This document shows positions 1 through 6,243 of a stretch of 32,000 nucleotides of DNA, in pieces; within the stretch, counting starts at the first letter, position 1, and the number at the start of each line of letters is the position of its first letter. The notes below the pieces were generated by a model. The model worked only from the letters and a program-made list of their open reading frames with translations. It made no database searches and had not been told where the DNA came from. A program made the position numbers and the translations under genes. Origin of the DNA: Salmonella phage rutana; the sequence record MT074468.1, one strand, 5' to 3'.

Positions 1-84
1 TAGCAGAAAATAGGAAGGGAAACGCGAATGATAATGAGAATGACTCGCATTTACAAAGCGAAGTGAGAAACACTGTTATTTAAG

Positions 85-93
85 TTATCCACA
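85..93 (+). promoter_or_regulatory. Perfect E. coli-type DnaA box TTATCCACA
   Basis: Exact 9-mer TTATCCACA in a non-coding block; one-mismatch copy TTATCAACA at 158-166. Confidence 0.6.
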
Positions 94-174
94 GGTTTAT
101 TAACAGCACGATTTGACTTGACAAAATCCTAGCGATTTTGAGGCGTTTTCAACAGACTTATCAACAGGTTATTC

Positions 175-194
175 TACTGTATATTTATACAGTA
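175..194. promoter_or_regulatory. LexA/SOS-box-like palindrome TACTGTATATTTATACAGTA
   Basis: 19/20 identity to the enterobacterial LexA consensus TACTGTATATATATACAGTA; CTGT-N8-ACAG core intact; non-coding. Confidence 0.55.
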
Positions 195-224
195 TTACTG
201 CGTAGTGAATAACTCTAATATAGC

Positions 225-254
225 TCTAAAACGCTCTGTAACTCATTCTAAGCG
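225..254 (+). repeat. 30-nt direct repeat copy 1 (TCTAAAACGCTCTGTAACTCATTCTAAGCG)
   Basis: 29/30 identical to 4215-4244 (single T/G difference). Confidence 0.9.
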
Positions 255-340
255 ATTTAATTTTGGAGGAGGTATTTTAATAAGGGGAAATTTGAGGAAG
301 GCCAGAAAAGATGGGGGCCGGTAGTTGCGCCCCGTTATTA

Positions 341-439
341 TTAGTGGTAGATGTATTGTTGCCAGTAGCGGCGGATATTGTCGCCACCGTCGGGATCATT
401 AGCAGACCTAATATTACCTATAAAAATATATAGTTTCAT
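341..439 (-). CDS. Possible 32-aa peptide MKLYIFIGNIRSANDPDGGDNIRRYWQQYIYH
   Basis: Open frame at the end of the leftward operon; AGGAG lies ~10 nt upstream of the start; very short. Confidence 0.25.
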   Translation of the reverse strand: MKLYIFIGNIRSANDPDGGDNIRRYWQQYIYH

Positions 440-505
440 AACGCCATCGCTCCTAGAATGAGAATGATTATTATTAACATTGTGAAGCCATTACCAAATC
501 GTAAA

Positions 506-526
506 CGCTGGGAATGTTTCCCAGCG
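506..526. other. Intergenic hairpin CGCTGGGAA-TGT-TTCCCAGCG
   Basis: 9-bp perfect stem with a 3-nt loop immediately downstream of the 566..913 gene; no U-tract. Confidence 0.7.
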
Positions 527-565
527 GTATTATTAGATTTATGGCTTTGTGTTTTTCGCCACCAG

Positions 566-913
566 CTATTCATACGCAATTCCCCGAAATGCCGTTTCAA
601 TACTTTCAGCGGTTGATTGAATATATGCGCCTTTCATAATCAGGCGCTCTGTACATACTTTGCGGAAAATGTCAATAAATTCATTTTCATTTTCTGCTAT
701 TAACGCTTCCCCCATAACCTGAACGTCACAAGACCCAAAAGTTAAAAATTGAAACGCTAGTTCACGGGCGACAACGGCAGAAATTTTATAATGTGCTTTG
801 CCCTCATAGATATTAACCACGCCCTTATAAGCTGGGGAAAGCTGGTTTAAATAGTTTGCTAGTAATGCCGGACGGCAATTAGCAGCAAAACGATTGCCCT
901 CATAAATAACCAT
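566..913 (-). CDS. Hypothetical pre-early protein, 115 aa (start trimmed from the track start at 952)
   Basis: SD GGAGTG precedes ATG at 913 (MVIYEGNRF...); the upstream gene stops at 915, giving tight packing. Confidence 0.7.
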   Translation of the reverse strand: MVIYEGNRFAANCRPALLANYLNQLSPAYKGVVNIYEGKAHYKISAVVARELAFQFLTFGSCDVQVMGEALIAENENEFIDIFRKVCTERLIMKGAYIQSTAESIETAFRGIAYE

Positions 914-914
914 T

Positions 915-1127
915 TTATAACACTCCCCGAAACGCAGCGTAAAAGGTGGCAAAGTGTTTAACCGTTTCGGCTACCAAATTGCCGCGCTTGTCAAATTTCT
1001 TTTCCGTAACACGGAAAGCGTTTTTGTTGCGTGCTACATATTCGATTTTACAATCTGGACGCTCGAACGTGTTAACATCCACCAGCTTAAAACCTTTGGA
1101 ACGAGCAAGGGAAACATTGCGGATCAT
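915..1127 (-). CDS. Hypothetical pre-early protein, 70 aa
   Basis: ATGA overlap with the upstream 52-aa ORF; AAAGGAGAAGAAAA SD region precedes the ATG. Confidence 0.65.
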   Translation of the reverse strand: MIRNVSLARSKGFKLVDVNTFERPDCKIEYVARNKNAFRVTEKKFDKRGNLVAETVKHFATFYAAFRGVL

Positions 1128-1282
1128 TTTTCTTCTCCTTTATTCATGCAGCCCAGCAAATAAGAAAATACAGCGATACCCGCGCCAATAATAACCACGT
1201 GAACGCCGAAAGCTATGGCAAAAAGTGATAAAATAGCGCCCAAGATACCCGCTAGAATTGATCGAAAAATAACCATTTGCAT
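1124..1282 (-). CDS. Small membrane protein, 52 aa: MQMVIFRSILAGILGAILSLFAIAFGVHVVIIGAGIAVFSYLLGCMNKGEEK (not in supplied ORF track)
   Basis: Manual translation; SD CTAGGAG-TT-ATG; 4-nt ATGA overlap with the next gene; mostly hydrophobic. Confidence 0.7.
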   Translation of the reverse strand: MQMVIFRSILAGILGAILSLFAIAFGVHVVIIGAGIAVFSYLLGCMNKGEEK

Positions 1283-1302
1283 AACTCCTAGTTAGGGAAT
1301 AA

Positions 1303-1321
1303 GGGGCGAAAGTAACGCCCC
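1303..1321. other. Intergenic hairpin GGGGCG-AAAGTAA-CGCCCC
   Basis: 6-bp GC stem, extendable with flanking AATAA/TTATT; lies between genes of the leftward operon. Confidence 0.6.
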
Positions 1322-1329
1322 GTTATTAA

Positions 1330-1557
1330 TTACATTAAAACAATTTTTGCCGCTTGCTTTTTAGTGCAATGGTTAGCTTTCAATTCATCCAGCAAAAATC
1401 CGGCGGTTTGCTGGTCAATCTTGTCATTGTCGTAAAGCTCCTGAATGGTAACATAAGTTTTGCCAATCCCAAATTCAGAAACCATAACGCTTACAATAGC
1501 GGGAACGGATACCCATTCCATACCATTAAAAATTGCAGAAGATGATGAATGTACCAT
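1330..1557 (-). CDS. Hypothetical pre-early protein, 75 aa
   Basis: ORF in a collinear leftward operon; the first upstream in-frame start follows a spacer containing AGGAGG-like bases. Confidence 0.55.
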   Translation of the reverse strand: MVHSSSSAIFNGMEWVSVPAIVSVMVSEFGIGKTYVTIQELYDNDKIDQQTAGFLLDELKANHCTKKQAAKIVLM

Positions 1558-1624
1558 TTAACGCCTCCTAGAAATCAGGGAAAATTTTCAATCCACCGTT
1601 TCGGTGTAAAGGCATTATAACAAA

Positions 1625-1650
1625 AAAGGCCGCCAACATAGGCGACCTTT
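1625..1650. other. Intergenic hairpin AAAGGCCGCC-AACATA-GGCGACCTTT
   Basis: 9/10 paired stem between 1330..1557 and 1664..2158. Confidence 0.55.
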
Positions 1651-1663
1651 ACAAAACTTTACA

Positions 1664-2158
1664 TTAGACTATTTCTAATGCTTCCACGCCGAAATAGCGT
1701 TTTAGTTCTTTCTGTAAAACGGCATATTCATCCCAACGGGAATTATCAGGAATATAAACAAGCTGTTTTAGTCTATTTGCATATAATAACGCCTTGTTAC
1801 CAATTATTTCCGCGCCACCGTGTTTAATAATTAGTTTCATAACGGTATTAATAGGATCGCCGCCATTTACATAAGTACCAGACTTACTCAATTGATAATG
1901 ATAAAGACTCGCATATACATTATCATTTTCAATCCATTCCCCCGTTTCTTCATCTTCTTCCCCATCACTACCGAAACGAGAAGCATTATCATATGCGTGT
2001 TCGTTTGCAAAAGCGTCCAGATCACAGCCAGCGGGAACAAAATGTTCCTCCGTCCAGCCCTCCCCGCAATAGCCAGTATGACAATCAACTAAAACTATCA
2101 TATCGTGTTTAGCTTCATTCACACTTTCTAGAGAAAAGCCATATTTTTCTTCTGACAT
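1664..2158 (-). CDS. Hypothetical acidic pre-early protein, 164 aa
   Basis: ORF with SD (AATAGGAGTCTAGTTATG); roughly 30 D/E against 13 K/R. Confidence 0.75.
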   Translation of the reverse strand: MSEEKYGFSLESVNEAKHDMIVLVDCHTGYCGEGWTEEHFVPAGCDLDAFANEHAYDNASRFGSDGEEDEETGEWIENDNVYASLYHYQLSKSGTYVNGGDPINTVMKLIIKHGGAEIIGNKALLYANRLKQLVYIPDNSRWDEYAVLQKELKRYFGVEALEIV

Positions 2159-2171
2159 AACTAGACTCCTA

Positions 2172-2480
2172 TTAATTAGCAGGGAAATAAAGAGAATTTG
2201 CTACACTGTAAAATCCTTTATTTAAGAAAATTACGTCATCACGGACTATTTCATCCATTCCATAATCCAGCAAAGTTTCGTCTACAAAAATACATAGCCA
2301 GCCATAACCACGATCAAAGAAAGCATGATAATTATTCGCGCTTTCTACATGTTCCCATAAAAAGGGACGCCCTTGCTTTTCCCATACAGGAATATTGCTT
2401 TTATCATCTGAATAATTAACGTGTGGGCTATTCGGCATTTTTTCGGCTAATTGCGCCAACATGGTTTGGTTCAGTTGCAT
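2172..2480 (-). CDS. Hypothetical pre-early protein, 102 aa
   Basis: ORF with SD (GTTAGGAGACTAATTATTATG) in the same operon. Confidence 0.7.
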   Translation of the reverse strand: MQLNQTMLAQLAEKMPNSPHVNYSDDKSNIPVWEKQGRPFLWEHVESANNYHAFFDRGYGWLCIFVDETLLDYGMDEIVRDDVIFLNKGFYSVANSLYFPAN

Positions 2481-2518
2481 AATAATTAGTCTCCTAACAA
2501 TTAACAGGGAAATAGTAA

Positions 2519-2539
2519 AGCGGGAAAATAATCCCCGCT
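2519..2539. other. Intergenic hairpin AGCGGG...CCCGCT
   Basis: 6-bp stem in the gap between 2172..2480 and 2548..3549; shares the AGCGGG/CCCGCT theme with 5867-5886. Confidence 0.5.
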
Positions 2540-2547
2540 AGCAATTA

Positions 2548-2904
2548 TTATTCTGTTTCGGTGTTTTGGGTAAAGGTAGAAATGTCAATGCCTTTTACCA
2601 TTTCATCGATCATTTCAGCAATATTGAAACTCTGTACCATTTCCAGCATTGCCGCTTCCATTGCCGCGCCTGCTACCGCTTTCGCTTTCGCATTAGTCGG
2701 GGCGTACTGGTCAACCGCTACACTCAGCAGGTTAGCGATCACTACACGACCAATCGGTGTATCAATATAACTTTTAATCATAAACGGCGCTTTTTTCGCC
2801 GCTACTTTTGTGATTTGAGTTAGTGCAATTTTACCCGCTTCCAGTTTAGCAGCGTTAACAACGGCGGATTTATTAGCGGCAACGATAGAAGATACTTTAG
2901 ACAT
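2548..2904 (-). CDS. Probable internal-start product, 118 aa (MSKVSSIVAANKSAVVNAAK...)
   Basis: In-frame ATG at 2904 preceded by AAAGGAAATATT, a good SD at good spacing within the longer ORF. Confidence 0.5.
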   Translation of the reverse strand: MSKVSSIVAANKSAVVNAAKLEAGKIALTQITKVAAKKAPFMIKSYIDTPIGRVVIANLLSVAVDQYAPTNAKAKAVAGAAMEAAMLEMVQSFNIAEMIDEMVKGIDISTFTQNTETE

Positions 2905-3549
2905 AATATTTCCTTTATTTTCAGTAGTTTGCGCATTTGCGCTTGAAGTTTGAGATTGTACAGCCTGTTTTGTTACATTGTCAAGCGGTAAAAGTGTAAA
3001 TCCAGCGTTTGCAACGTTTGATTTATTCCCATACTCTAAATAATCGTTAGGGATCAACATGTTACCGCTAGCGCGTTCAAAACACAATACGCCAGTTGTT
3101 TCGATTGCGTCACTATCAGCACCTTTATAACTGGATGATAATTCACGCCAGATACTATTTAATAACGATCCGACACTATCCAATCTGATATTATTTACTT
3201 TTGTTGCTGTTACCTGCTCTTTTTCTTGCACGTTATATAATCGCGCAATGTAACCACTATGAGACTCACTATAACCAACAATGATAAAATCAATATCAGT
3301 TCCCCGACTATTACGGAAAATGTGATAATCACGGTTGAAAATTACTAGCGCCCTTGTCTGGTCTAGTAATAGCGTGAAATCATCAACTGAATAATGAGTA
3401 TCATTATTATCTAAAATATCCTCGTGAATTTTTTCAACCATTGCGGCGGTGTGCTGAATACTTGCCGCACTACTACCATCTAGCAGGTTGCGCAAACTAC
3501 CTTTAACAATAGTTGCGTTTGCTGGTACTGCAATTCTTACAGTAGACAT
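2548..3549 (-). CDS. Hypothetical pre-early protein, 333 aa, first gene of the leftward operon
   Basis: Long ORF with SD (AACGAGGGAGACAAAGAAATG). Confidence 0.8.
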   Translation of the reverse strand: MSTVRIAVPANATIVKGSLRNLLDGSSAASIQHTAAMVEKIHEDILDNNDTHYSVDDFTLLLDQTRALVIFNRDYHIFRNSRGTDIDFIIVGYSESHSGYIARLYNVQEKEQVTATKVNNIRLDSVGSLLNSIWRELSSSYKGADSDAIETTGVLCFERASGNMLIPNDYLEYGNKSNVANAGFTLLPLDNVTKQAVQSQTSSANAQTTENKGNIMSKVSSIVAANKSAVVNAAKLEAGKIALTQITKVAAKKAPFMIKSYIDTPIGRVVIANLLSVAVDQYAPTNAKAKAVAGAAMEAAMLEMVQSFNIAEMIDEMVKGIDISTFTQNTETE

Positions 3550-3605
3550 TTCTTTGTCTCCCTCGTTAATCGGTGAGTGAATGATATAGATATTTGTTTG
3601 CTAGG

Positions 3606-3640
3606 GGCAAGAAAAAAGAAAAGGTTTTTTATTCCTTGCC
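3606..3640. other. Leader hairpin GGCAAG-AAAAAA...TTTTTT-ATTC-CTTGCC
   Basis: Nested complementary blocks upstream of the 2548..3549 start. Confidence 0.5.
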
Positions 3641-3796
3641 TACTGCCTGTTTTTATGATAGCCGCGCGTTTTCTATTTCTAGCTCTCTGTAAGCGTACAC
3701 AAGGCTTTATTATAATAAGGGGTAATGCTGAAAAACCGCTTAGAACGCGTTTTAGGCCGCTTAAATTTGATTGCGGTTGTTACTGCTACCATTCTA

Positions 3797-3816
3797 CCCT
3801 GTGTATTTATACAGTA
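3797..3816. promoter_or_regulatory. Second LexA-like box CCCTGTGTATTTATACAGTA
   Basis: 16/20 match with CTGT-N8-ACAG core intact; shares the 13-mer TATTTATACAGTA with 182-194. Confidence 0.35.
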
Positions 3817-3836
3817 GGATAACCTGTATATAAGTC

Positions 3837-3906
3837 TGTGGATAAGTCCTCATATAGTCGCCTATTACGTCAAGTTATTTTGTGCTGTGGATAACTTTGG
3901 GGATAA
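3837..3906 (-). promoter_or_regulatory. DnaA box cluster: TGTGGATAA at 3837-3845 and 3886-3894 (perfect), TGGGGATAA at 3898-3906 (1 mismatch)
   Basis: Direct motif reading; another one-mismatch copy AGTGGATAA at 4161-4169. Confidence 0.6.
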
Positions 3907-4214
3907 GTTAAATGATAGTGGTTCTCACTTAGCCCGATAGTTTCTCATAGTTATTATTTCTCATTAATTTATGTGTATATTATATATTATGAAATAGTTA
4001 GTTGGCTAATAGGTTTTTAAAGTATTAATAGTCCGCTAACTGTTTCGGCTGTTACAATCCACCAGCGTGATTATCCTCCTAGTGATTATTAGTCTGCTAA
4101 TGATCTGATACACGTCCAGACTTATTTGTCAATGCAAAATAATACTTTTTTGAAAAATCAAGTGGATAACTCATTAAATTTCATTTTTGCTTTTTGTATA
4201 AGTTATTAACAGGG

Positions 4215-4244
4215 TCTAAAACGCTCTGTAACGCATTCTAAGCG
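4215..4244 (+). repeat. 30-nt direct repeat copy 2 (TCTAAAACGCTCTGTAACGCATTCTAAGCG)
   Basis: 29/30 to 225-254; a truncated inverted relative CGCTTAGAACGCGTTTTAG lies at 3737-3755. Confidence 0.9.
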
Positions 4245-4575
4245 CCTTTGATGAAAAGCTATCCCATCATAAGGGGAGGTGTCCGAAAACCTCACCACGA
4301 GGATTTTAGATTTTGTCAAGTAGGCAAGAGCAGAAATAAATGAAAAAATTACTTGCTAAACTGCTTATTTGTGTGTTATTCGTGCGCCCGTTTCATTAAA
4401 TTTAGTGCGCCGCTGGACGTGGTGCGGTGGCGTTTGTCTTTACGTTTCTTTACAAAAATAAGGTTGCGCCCTTCTCGGTATTCTCTTATTATTTATCACG
4501 TAGGGCGGCAATGACGAACTACACGGCGGGGATAACAGCGATTGACAGTCTGTTTGACCTTTCAAAACCCTGCCA

Positions 4576-4590
4576 TGCTCTTTAAAAATT
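4576..4590 (+). promoter_or_regulatory. boxA-like sequence TGCTCTTTAAAAATT
   Basis: 14/15 to the E. coli rrn boxA region TGCTCTTTAACAATT. Confidence 0.35.
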
Positions 4591-4615
4591 AGGGAACATC
4601 TTAAAGCCTATCGGC
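4578..4615 (+). repeat. Left arm of ~39-bp imperfect inverted repeat
   Basis: CTCTTTAAAAATTAGGGAACATCTTAAAGCCTATCGGC pairs with the reverse complement of 4865-4903 at 35/39. Confidence 0.85.
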
Positions 4616-4647
4616 GGTAAACTTAGATATTATAAGGAATCGACGAT

Positions 4648-4857
4648 ATGAAACAAACGCTTTTGATCACTGGCAAGCCTATCAAGTCACTTGATAGCAG
4701 AACAAAAAATTTGTTGACAGTAGCGCAACGATCTGTAAAATACAGATTCAAGCAATACAAGAAAGGCAAGCAACAAGGGCTGGAAATGGTGTGGCGTAAT
4801 ATAATGATTGATTTATATAACTCCCATCAAATCGAAAAAAGTTTAAAAAACGCTTGA
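4648..4857 (+). CDS. Small basic hypothetical protein, 69 aa
   Basis: ORF enclosed by the inverted repeat arms; K/R-rich; weak SD (AAGGAATCGACGATATG). Confidence 0.5.
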   Translation: MKQTLLITGKPIKSLDSRTKNLLTVAQRSVKYRFKQYKKGKQQGLEMVWRNIMIDLYNSHQIEKSLKNA

Positions 4858-4882
4858 CACGCTAGCCGATAGGTTTTAAGAT
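4854..4882 (+). promoter_or_regulatory. Sigma70-like promoter TTGACA-N17-TAAGAT
   Basis: Perfect -35, 17-nt spacer, 4/6 -10; precedes the rightward A2/A1/dmp operon. Confidence 0.5.
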
Positions 4883-4903
4883 GTTCCCCAGTTTTTTAAA
4901 GAG
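4865..4903 (-). repeat. Right arm of ~39-bp imperfect inverted repeat
   Basis: GCCGATAGGTTTTAAGATGTTCCCCAGTTTTTTAAAGAG, reverse complement of 4578-4615 with 3 mismatches and 1 gap. Confidence 0.85.
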
Positions 4904-5090
4904 TGATAACTTGATAAAATTTGACGGTCGGCACTTACCATAATGTGCCCCGCCCCCTAACTGGGATATAGCGGCCCGCGTGGAGTTCTTTAAATTTATT
5001 ATATTGGCGAGCGGATTATAATCTAATAGCGTTTCAAAGTATCGAGGCGCTATTGTGGAATAATCCCCCCAATAAACCGGAGTATTAAAA

Positions 5091-5342
5091 ATGCAAAACG
5101 TTATCACCGCACCGAAAGTGGGCCAATCCGTTTTTATTCCTTTCGTTACTAAAACGGATGAATTAACTGGAAAAGCCGAACGTATTAAAGGTGCGGCGCT
5201 TGATCCTTTCGATAAAATCGAAGCGGTATACGCGGAAACGGAACGCAGTAACAACGGCAAGCCAATTTATAACGTTCGCGTTAAATCTGGCGACGTTGTA
5301 AAAATCATTCAGAAAGATGATAAATGGCAAGCTATTAGCTAA
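5091..5342 (+). CDS. Hypothetical pre-early protein, 83 aa
   Basis: ORF with CGGAGT SD; followed by a strong hairpin. Confidence 0.7.
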   Translation: MQNVITAPKVGQSVFIPFVTKTDELTGKAERIKGAALDPFDKIEAVYAETERSNNGKPIYNVRVKSGDVVKIIQKDDKWQAIS

Positions 5343-5355
5343 TTAGTGTTACTTT

Positions 5356-5383
5356 TATATTCCCCTGAAATATGGGGAATATA
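5356..5383. other. Intergenic hairpin TATATTCCCC-TGAAATAT-GGGGAATATA
   Basis: 10-bp perfect stem with 8-nt loop. Confidence 0.75.
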
Positions 5384-5440
5384 TGGATTAACATTAGTTA
5401 ATCATAATCCCTTAATTAATAATTGAATGGAGTATTTATT

Positions 5441-5857
5441 ATGTCTAACGTTAAAACCGAAAAAGCCACGAAATTCTCTTGGAATGAAGAAAACACTGAA
5501 AAAGCTGTTTCTATGTATTCTGAAATGGTAGCTAAAAGCGGAATTGAATTTGCTAATAGTGACGGCCTGAAAGAAATTGCCGCCGCCGTTGGCGCTGCTA
5601 GTCCAGTGTCTGTACGTTCTAAATTGACCAGTGCAAAAGCCTACCAGAAAAGCGACAAGCCGCGTAAAGTTGGCGGTGGTAGCTCAATCCGTAAAGCTCA
5701 CTATGTGCGCGTCATTGCTAAACACGCCATCGACGCTGGCGTTATTAAAGATGCTGACGACTTGGCAAGTCTTGAAAGTGCTAAACTGGAAACGCTGGAC
5801 GCCGTAGCGCAATTATTAGGCGTTGCCGATGAAGTGAAACAAGCAGCGGGAGAATAA
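5441..5857 (+). CDS. A2: A2-like pre-early protein (T5 A2 family, DNA transfer / DNA-binding), ~138 aa
   Basis: Size, composition and position immediately before the A1-like gene; ATG at 5441 fits TGGAGT SD better than the TTG at 5423. Confidence 0.6.
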   Translation: MSNVKTEKATKFSWNEENTEKAVSMYSEMVAKSGIEFANSDGLKEIAAAVGAASPVSVRSKLTSAKAYQKSDKPRKVGGGSSIRKAHYVRVIAKHAIDAGVIKDADDLASLESAKLETLDAVAQLLGVADEVKQAAGE

Positions 5858-5860
5858 TTA

Positions 5861-5886
5861 TTAATCAGCGGGGAATATTCCCCGCT
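5861..5886. repeat. 26-nt repeat copy 1 containing 20-nt perfect palindrome AGCGGGGAATATTCCCCGCT
   Basis: TTAATCAGCGGGGAATATTCCCCGCT identical at 7915-7940. Confidence 0.95.
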
Positions 5887-5907
5887 ACCCCTTAAAGGAG
5901 AATAATT

Positions 5908-6132
5908 TTGATCTTTTATCCTAGCGAAGCGTTTATTTTGGGCTTATTTATTATTGCCGCCGCTTTTATTCTGAATTATACGCGGTCAATTCTGGCAATA
6001 ATCGGAATTAATAACGTTTACGCCGCAAATAATTTCCGCAAAAACGCGAATATTCAAAAATATATGTCAATCATCTTTCTTACAATTGGCATTGTATTTG
6101 GCTTTTGTTCTAGTTTAATGCCGATTAATTAA
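5908..6132 (+). CDS. Small membrane protein, 74 aa, TTG start
   Basis: SD AAAGGAG with 7-nt spacing to TTG; two hydrophobic segments. Confidence 0.6.
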   Translation: MIFYPSEAFILGLFIIAAAFILNYTRSILAIIGINNVYAANNFRKNANIQKYMSIIFLTIGIVFGFCSSLMPIN

Positions 6133-6143
6133 ATGTTGCAAAT

Positions 6144-6201
6144 TATAACGCCTTTAAAAGTCCTCACTTCAGGCAAGGCGTTATATTTGGCAATATTGCC
6201 A
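6144..6201. other. Two successive palindromes: TATAACGCCTT...AAGGCGTTATA (6144-6185) and TGGCAATATTGCCA (6188-6201)
   Basis: 11-bp and 7-bp perfect arms in the gap before the A1-like gene. Confidence 0.7.
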
Positions 6202-6243
6202 GCTTTAAAATGTTTTAAATCCCTTTAATGGAGTTAAATTAGT

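Noticed and set aside
119-146. TTGACA near 118-123 as a promoter
   Set aside because: No acceptable -10 hexamer at 16-18 nt downstream.
3577-3822. 81-aa plus-strand ORF in the leader region
   Set aside because: Overlaps hairpin, repeat and regulatory sequences, has no good SD and low-complexity start; probably non-coding.
4862-5260. 132-aa minus-strand ORF
   Set aside because: Crosses the rightward promoter, the inverted repeat arm and the well-supported 5091..5342 gene on the opposite strand.
5867-5886. Palindrome as a rho-independent terminator
   Set aside because: No loop and no following T-tract; better treated as an operator or repeat element. The same applies to most pre-early hairpins.
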